From positions 58,218,001 to 58,282,000 of the forward strand of contig OX597821.1 of the NCBI GenBank assembly GCA_951406725.2: a stretch of 64,000 nt of DNA. The letters are read 5' to 3'. Every line of letters begins with the position of its first letter. Positions within the stretch are counted from its first letter, which is position 1. This stretch comes from Octopus vulgaris. Its lineage: Eukaryota. Below, piece after piece: positions 52,847 through 64,000 of this stretch. Both the position numbers and the translations under genes were made by a program. The notes beneath the pieces were generated by a model. That model saw only the letters and a program-made list of their open reading frames with translations. It was not told the origin of the DNA and ran no database searches.

Positions 52847-53964
52847 TGGTTCTAATTTTGGCACAAAGCCAGCAATTTGTTAAGGGAGGAGAAGGGAGCG
52901 AGTTTATTACATCAACCCCAGCACATGACTGGTGCTTTTTTATTATCAACCCAAAATAGGATGAAAAGTAAAATTGGCTTCTGTTGTATTTGAACTCAGA
53001 ATGTTAAGCATTTCGTCAGACGTACTAATGATTCTGCCAGGTCATCACCTTAATAATAAAGACTTCAAATTTTTGCCACAAAGGCAGGTTGGGAGAGGGG
53101 TTTAAGTCAATTACATTGACCCCCAGTGCATAACGGGTACTTATTTCATTGAGCCCAAAAGGATGAAAGGCAAAGTCAACCTTGGCGGAATTTAAACTCA
53201 GAATGTAACAACAGATGAAATACCGCTAGGCAGTTCGTCCAGCGTGCTAACGATTCTGCCAGCTCATCTTAATAATAATAACCCTTTTTACTATAGGTAG
53301 CAGGTTTTAAATTTTTAGGGAGTGAAAGGAGAGTCAGTCAATTAGATCAACCCTAGTGCTCAACTGGTACTTATTTTATCAACCCTGAAATGATTAAAGG
53401 CAAAGTTATCTTGGCAGAATTTGAACTCAGAATGTAAATACAGACAAAAAGCTTAGCTTAGCAACATTTTGTCCGGCATGCTAACAATTCTGCCAGCTTA
53501 TCACCTTAATAATATTGGTTCCAAATTTTGACACAGGGTCAGTATTTTTGGAGGAGGAGTTAAGTCGATTACAACAACTCCAGGATTAAACTTGTACATA
53601 TCTTATTGACCCCAAAAGGTGGAAAGGTAAAGTCGACCCGAGCAGAATTTAAACTTAGAACATAAAGACAGACAAAACGTCACTAAGAATTCTGCCTGGC
53701 ATGCTAACAATTTTGCCAGCCCGCCACCCTCCTTAATAATAATAATAATAATATAAGTTTCAGATTTTGGAACAAGGCCAGCAGTTTTGGGGGAGGGACC
53801 AAGCTGATTAAATCAACCCCCGTGTTCAACTGGTACTTATTTTATTGACCCCAAAAGGATGAAAGGCAAAGTCAAGCCCAGCAGAATTTGAACACAGAAT
53901 GCAAAAACGACAAATTGTTGCTAAGCATTTTGTCCAGCATACTAACAATTTTACCAGCTCGCTG

Positions 53965-54003
<39 letters not shown>
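51500..54003 (-). mobile_element. Array of ~9 co-oriented SINE family A copies separated by (TAA)n
   Basis: Copies start on the plus strand at ~51535, 51780, 51982, 52255, 52846, 53060, 53281, 53515 and 53755. Confidence 0.92.
52325..52717. repeat. Near-perfect inverted repeat with 188-bp arms (SINE derived)
   Basis: Arms 52325-52512 and 52530-52717, 17-nt spacer, one mismatch seen. Confidence 0.92.
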
Positions 54004-54004
<1 letters not shown>

Positions 54005-54581
54005 TATGTAATGTGTGGATGTTAGTTTTCTATTTAATGTTTGTTGGGTAAGAAAGTGAAGGACCTGGTTATCCATACAGTTAGCTCAGGGCCAGGGGGA
54101 GATCACTCAAGACTTAATGATGTTCAAAATTAAACCCTTGTCTACAAACATCATCAAAATGTAGGCAAATGCCACAGTAACAATATATCAAAGTGACTGA
54201 CAGTCTGACTAATAGAAGAGAAACAGAAGGAATGGATAGAAAAAGGGGGGCAATAACAACAACAAAAAAAAATAAACAACAACCAAAATCTGATTAACCA
54301 AAGTATATTACAAATTACAGCAACAACAGTAAAATAAACCAGTAAGATTTCTTGACAAAGCTTCTGTGACTTTTTATGCCAGCTTTCTCTTCATGTGCTA
54401 GCAGCGAGAAAGCTAGAATCCATTGTTCAAAACAAAGAAATGGCTTAGGCAGATTCACCCAAGGTTTCTTGTTTCAATAACCCTAAAAAGCAACAATAGT
54501 AGAAATTATTTTTATGAACATTACATAAGAAACAGACACATACACATATAGTTCTACACACACTCACGTGTGCACATACAT

Positions 54582-57373
<2,792 letters not shown>

Positions 57374-57377
<4 letters not shown>

Positions 57378-57680
57378 AAATAAGCAACAAGGATATCCAG
57401 AGGTAATGCAGTACGATCGTTTCATACGACTACATTTAATTGAACAATGTGCAACTGAACAAGTCTTTGAGCAGCTAAAGATTACGCTACATTTTAAATT
57501 GGTGTAATGAAATGATTGCATTGTTCACTTAAATGGAGTCGCATGAAACGATCATACTGCATTACCTCTGGATATCCTTGTTGCTTATTTTGATTTTAAT
57601 CATCTTATTTTGAAATTGTATGGATAATACCGTACTAAATTCTGGTACCTCACCTTAAGTACCATATTCATCTGAATATA
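57374..57680. repeat. Fold-back element between (TA)n tracts
   Basis: Arms 57374-~57450 and ~57518-57594 (atcaaaataagcaacaaggatatccagaggtaatgcagta / its complement). Confidence 0.88.
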
Positions 57681-57998
57681 TATATATATATATATATACA
57701 CACAGACTTTATTTGTACGTTAACAGGGATACAAATGGTTTTATGTAAGGAGAGAGATCTTTTTGACAATTTTCAGGTGTACAACATGTGAACGTTGGTA
57801 CGCCATCTCCATTTGGTAGTCTCATCCAAAAGGGAGACAACTTTTGGCATCCTCATGTGGTATACTCAAAAATTGCAAAGAGATCTCCCATTACATGAAA
57901 CTATGGGTAGCCTTGTTAAACTGCAAATACAGAATATCCACCAATGAGGTTTTAAGCACTCATTCTCAATGTCTGATGCCAGTATCTATCAATATCTA

Positions 57999-58041
<43 letters not shown>

Positions 58042-58289
58042 ATGCTTGTTTTTATATCAAATCATATATAAAAACACATTAACATTGGACTACTTTTTAG
58101 TAGACCACATGTTTCTGTAACTTCTACCTTTTAGATGAAGACGGGTGACAGCAACCCCAATGTTCAGACTGTCCAATAAAGGTTAACAAGTGAAAACACC
58201 AATGTCGCTGCCACCCGTCTGCCTCTCATTCATATATATATATATAGGTTTGGTGAAACAAACAAGGAAATAGAGCTCAAAATGCATAC

Positions 58290-58317
58290 ATATACATATA
58301 TATATACACACATATAT

Positions 58318-58368
<51 letters not shown>

Positions 58369-58896
58369 TGCATTTTTACAAACACATATATACATATGCA
58401 TATATATATACACACATGATTATAAATGTGTATGTATATATATACATACAAACATATATATACACATATATACACATATATATATATATATACATATGTA
58501 TACACATACATATATATATATAAATATATGCATATATATATATATACACATATATATATATAGACACATATATATGCACACACATATATATATATATATA
58601 TATACACACACATATATATATACATATACATACATATATACACATATATATATATAAATAAATACATACACATATATGAATATATATATACACATACATA
58701 TATATAAATATATATACACAGGAGAGAATTGTAGTTTGCTTGAAGCATTGTGTATTGTTTGTAAAGAATAAAAAGTCTTCAATGGTACAACAATGCACTC
58801 TAATACAACAAACAAGTATATAGCCCATTGTTTCTATTATAGTGCAGTGCTGTACAATTCAAGACTTTTTATACACACACATATATATACTCATAC

Positions 58897-58951
<55 letters not shown>

Positions 58952-59174
58952 TAAATATATATACACATACATACGTATATATACATATATATATATATGC
59001 ACATACATATACACACATATATGCATATACATATTATATACATATATAGATATATATACATATATATACATATTATATACTCATACATATATACACACAT
59101 ATATACACATATATACACACACATATATATACATATATGTACACACATACATTCATAGATATTTATATGGGTAT

Positions 59175-59227
<53 letters not shown>

Positions 59228-59812
59228 TACATGCATATACACATATATATATACATATATATATACATATATATACATATATACACATACATATATATAC
59301 ACATACATATATATACATATATAAATACATACATACACATACATATATATACACATACATATATATACATATATAAATACATACATATATATATACATAC
59401 ATATATATATACATACATATATATACATATACATATATATATATACACATACATATATATACACATACATATATATACACATACATATATATTCACATAC
59501 ATATATATACATATATATATACATACATGTATATATATAAACATATATGTACACATACATGTATATATATACACATACATGTATATATATGTATATACAT
59601 ATAGGTATACATACATATACATACATACATGTACATATACACATGCATACATACATACATACATACATGTACATATACACATACATAAATACATACATAC
59701 ATATATATATATATAATATTTATATATACATATGTGTATACATACATATATAAATGCATATGTATATATGTGTGTTTATCATTGTTGCATGTATGTGTGT
59801 CTGTCACTGTTG

Positions 59813-59853
<41 letters not shown>

Positions 59854-59860
59854 GTGTGTC
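58290..59860. repeat. Degenerate (TA)/(TACA) microsatellite blocks
   Basis: Direct inspection; a short unique spacer lies at ~58720-58870. Confidence 0.92.
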
Positions 59861-60064
59861 ACTGTTGCACATATGGATATAGCCACAAATCTTTACAATG
59901 TCTTTTGAATTATTCTTTAAGTCATTCCTTATTCTTCACACACATTGGTGACACATATTTGGTTTTGTTTATAGACCTATTCACATTTTAGTGTTTAGTA
60001 TTATTGTTGATGTTGTGATTGGGGAAAACAAAGAATTTAACATAATGTCAAATTTACATTTCTT

Positions 60065-60847
60065 ATACAGGCATGGCTGTCTAGGTAACAAGCTTGCTTT
60101 GCAACCATGTGGTCTTGGGTTCAGTCCCACTGTGCAGCTTGAGCAAATGCCCTCAACTATAGCCCCAGGCTAACCAATGCCTATGAGTGAATTAGGTCGA
60201 AGGAAATTGTGCGGAAGCCCATTATGTGTGTGTGTGTGTGTGTGTATGTGTGTGTGTCTTTGTGTGTGTGACTTTGTGTTGTTCCCACCACCACCAGTTG
60301 ATAACTGATGTTGTTTTGTTTACATTCCCATTACTTAGCAGGTTGGCAAAAGAGAAAGCAACAGAATACAAACCAGCCAGACATAAAAAATTAGTAGTGG
60401 GGTTAATTAGTTCAACTAAAAAGAAGCCCTTCACGCTAGTGGAAGCGCAATAACTGGGACAAGTAAAAGATAGATGAGCAAATTTTAAATAGAAGACAAA
60501 GACCAACAACAAAAAATTCCAGTTGCAGCTATGCACACCCTTCCCTGTCCCCATTGCTCCCACTTTGTCACTAATACCTTCTCCCCAGGGGTCACAGCGC
60601 TGCCCTCTTTGATAAGCACTGGGTTTAAGTATGGCTTAAAGTGAGCAGAAAGGAGTTGGCTAGGAAAATAGATTAGTACAATGGATCAGACAACTACAAA
60701 TGAGATACAGTTACAATGTCAGATTAAAAAGAAAAAGAGGAGTCGTGGTATAGGAGTATATCCATAGCAACAGAAGATGGGGGCAAGAGGAAGATATATG
60801 CAAATGTAAAATTGCACACACATACTTACTTACATACAGAGATGTGC

Positions 60848-60888
<41 letters not shown>

Positions 60889-62188
60889 TACATATAAACA
60901 TTCGTGCACATTTCCTCATTCACATAACAGCAAATATACTTCACCAATATTCTCAGCTTAATATTGACTCCAAATTCTGGCACAAGACCAGTAATTTCAG
61001 GGGAGCCGTTAAGTCAATTACATCAACCCCAGTGCTCAACTGATATTTATTTTATCAACCCAAAAAGGATGAAAGGCGAACACGACCTCAGCAGAATTTG
61101 AACTCAGAATGTAAAGATGGATGAAATGCTGATACAGTATTTTGCCCGGCCTGCAAACTGTTCTGCCAGCTCACTGCCTTATTTTGAGCTTAATATTAAG
61201 ATATCTCAATTTTACTGTGTGTATCCTGGTTAACATGGTGGAACAATGGCCCAGTGGTTAGGGCAGCAGACTCATGGTCAGAGGATCGTGGTTTCGATTC
61301 CCAGACTGGGTGTTGTGTGTGTTTATTGAGCAAAAACACCGAAAGCTCCACAAGGTTCCGGCAGGCGGTGGTGACGACCCCTGTTGTACTCTTTCGCCCC
61401 AACTTTCTCTCACTCTTTCTTCCTGTTTCTTGAGTAATGCTGCGATGGACTGCCATCCTATCCAGCTAGGGGGAACACATACGCCATAGAAACTGGGGAA
61501 ACTGGGCCCATGAGACTGGCTAGGCTTGAAAAGGGCACATAAATAATAAAAATTCTGGTTAACAAGCACATACTGAATATTGAACTCAGATACATTGTGT
61601 GCCTGTATGTTATAAGAGGTGAGTAAATGGGATCTGCAGCAAGAAGAGCAGCCAACTATATAACAATGCCTCTGAAAACCCATCTAATGCATGCCAGCAT
61701 GGAAGGATGGATGTAAAATGATGATGATGACAATAACAACACCAAAAATGATGATGATTACAATACTTAACATTACATCAAGGAAGATATATGTGTTTGC
61801 TATGAAGGAAAGTAGATATCTGCTAAATACTTGATTTAAAAAAAAACAGTTAAAATATCTCCAGAGTTCTCTGTTATGATAAAAAATATCATCCACATCA
61901 GCAGTAGCAACCCACAGATTTATGCAAGGAAATGTCTTCCCATGAGATATGATATTGCAGCCAGGTGCACACAAGGACTAAATGGTTAAGAGGCTTGCTT
62001 TACAACCACATGGTTCCAGGTTCAGCCCCACAATGCAAAACTTTAAGCAAGTATCTTCTACTATAGCCCTGAGCCAACCAATGCCTTGTGAGTAGATTAG
62101 ATAGATGAAAGCTTTGTGGAAACCCATGACATACACATATATATATGTACACATAGATACACATATATATGCATACACACACATATAT

Positions 62189-62237
<49 letters not shown>

Positions 62238-62890
62238 TACATACATATGATGGACTCTCCCATTGTTAGATAATGTATGAGGTTTCGACAATTTCTTACC
62301 GAACAACCACAGATGATTTTTATATAGTGATCAAGTGTTTGTATAGACGTAAGCTCCCTCCCTCCATCAAATCGACATTACCTGTACAGATGCAACATAT
62401 CAGATGTCAAAATGATTGCTGACCAATGTGAAATGAAGTGCTTTGCTCAAGAACACAATGCAACACCCAGTCTGGAAACTGATCCCACAATCTTACAATT
62501 GTGAGTGCAACACCCTAACCACTAAGCCATGCACCTTCACATATATATATATATATATATACACATGCATGTATGCCCTTGTGTTTGTCCACCTCCCACA
62601 GTTTGACAACAGGTATGTTGGCTTGTTTACACTTCTGTAACTTAGCAGTTTGACAAAAGGGACTGATAGAATTAGCGCCAGACTTAGAAACAAAATGCCA
62701 ATTTGTTCAACTAACCTCCTCAAGGCAGTGCCACAGTGCAATGATTAAAACAAGTAAAAGAAAAGAAAAAAAACTATTTTCAATGCTATTCAACGGAAGG
62801 ATGGTTATAAAAAGTAAAACTAGAACCAGAATACTTCCCAACCATATGATTCCAGGTTCAGTCCCACTGCGTGGCACCTTGGGCAAGAGT
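60065..62890. mobile_element. Dispersed CpG-depleted SINEs: B (60065-60480 +, 61980-62125 +, 62570-62765 +, 62835-62890 +), A (60970-61180 -), second-head SINE with V-like domain (61238-61540 +)
   Basis: Family motifs recognisable, with most CpG changed to TpG/CpA. Confidence 0.75.
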
Positions 62891-62981
62891 TTTCCAGAAT
62901 AAGCACCAGGTTTTTTAAGATAAAAGATAATTCACTATTTATGTTTACTTAAATGAACACACGCACGCACGCACACGCACG

Positions 62982-63036
<55 letters not shown>

Positions 63037-63858
63037 ACACTTCTCAATCTGGAATGCAAAGAAGAATTTCAGTAAAAATGTACGTATAATGGTTAGATAC
63101 ACTCAAAGAAAAATATCTTACACAAACAGTTTTGAAACTTTTACCAATGTTGCGGAAAAATTACATAAAAGAAAGACACCAGGAAAGGGTGGAATAGATG
63201 AATAAACAATACAAGGAACTGATGCTCTATAGAAAGTGATTTTCTGACTTATTCTACAGAAGGCCAATTCTATACAAAAATATATCTTTTAGCTGCTGTA
63301 TTTGATGGAATAAAAACCACATTGGCATATTAGATGCATCTGAATTTCAGTAGTGCATATTCATGGAAAAGGGGGTTTTGTGCATTAACGTAATATTGAC
63401 TCAACTTTGCATCTAGGATGTGGGATGGAGATTTCTTTGAGACATTTTTGTGGAAAAAAATGCATTTTATATACCATCAAATAAGGTATGTACATATGTG
63501 TGTGTGTGTGTGTGTGTGTATCTAAAAAAAATATGGAAGGTCAGATTGACATGATATTCACTTGTCATAACATGAATAAACCTTTTAACAAAACTTGTTC
63601 AGCAAAAAAATTATAGTTTGTCTAAACATGTACAAACTTTACACAAGCTATCACAACTGATTCCTCTAAGACCATCATGAATGTAAAATGAAGTGATTTA
63701 TTAGTAGGCAGACAGAAAAGAGTGTTATGTGAGCAACAACTTTTGATAAATAAAGCTGTGCTGCCTCAAAATAAGAAAACACTATTGTATGCTGTAACCA
63801 TGTCACAAAATGGCTCAATTGCAGAAAGACTTTATTCCCCACTTGTAGTTTGCTACAG

Positions 63859-63946
63859 TCATCGCATTTGGCAAAAGTACTTGCTGCCTTTGTAGCTGTC
63901 ATAGAAAAGCTCACAAAGACTTGGCCAACAGTCCTCACACTTGTAA
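63859..63946 (-). CDS. Candidate terminal coding exon of an unidentified host gene
   Basis: Acceptor tgttctgatttcAG, then 1 nt plus YKCEDCWPSLCELFYDSYKGSKYFCQMR*; non-repetitive; AATAAA signals downstream on the minus strand. No homologue recognised. Confidence 0.35.
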
Positions 63947-64000
63947 CTGAAATCAGAACAATCGCCTCTGATGTTAAAAATATTTCAAAGAGAATATTCC

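Noticed and set aside
57720-57930. Unique segment with acceptor-like sites on both strands
   Set aside because: All frames stop early and there is no convincing donor or homology.

Overview
AT-rich animal genomic DNA made almost entirely of repeats. The SINE families and very high (TA)n/(TG)n/(TACA)n load suggest a coleoid cephalopod such as Octopus (inference, not a database result). Almost all ORFs in the supplied track are translations of microsatellites or SINEs. I can support several tRNA-derived SINE families, two decayed mariner elements, a maT/DD37D-like element, a Tc1/mariner MITE, hAT remnants, non-autonomous Helitrons, LINE fragments (CR1-like, R4/Dong, RTE) and several Penelope-like element (PLE) remnants. 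The most notable element is at 22145-23422. It is non-coding, sits inside (TA)n, and is built from a highly structured ~489-nt unit in tandem-plus-inverted arrangement. Each of its three copies carries a complete type-I hammerhead ribozyme, making it retrozyme-like or a non-autonomous PLE. Other canonical or variant hammerhead motifs and fold-back elements occur at TA tracts across the window. No complete host gene is evident. One candidate terminal exon lies at the far right on the minus strand, and CpG decay in SINEs beyond ~49 kb hints at a methylated gene body. Coordinates were read by eye, so element edges are approximate unless exact motifs are quoted.
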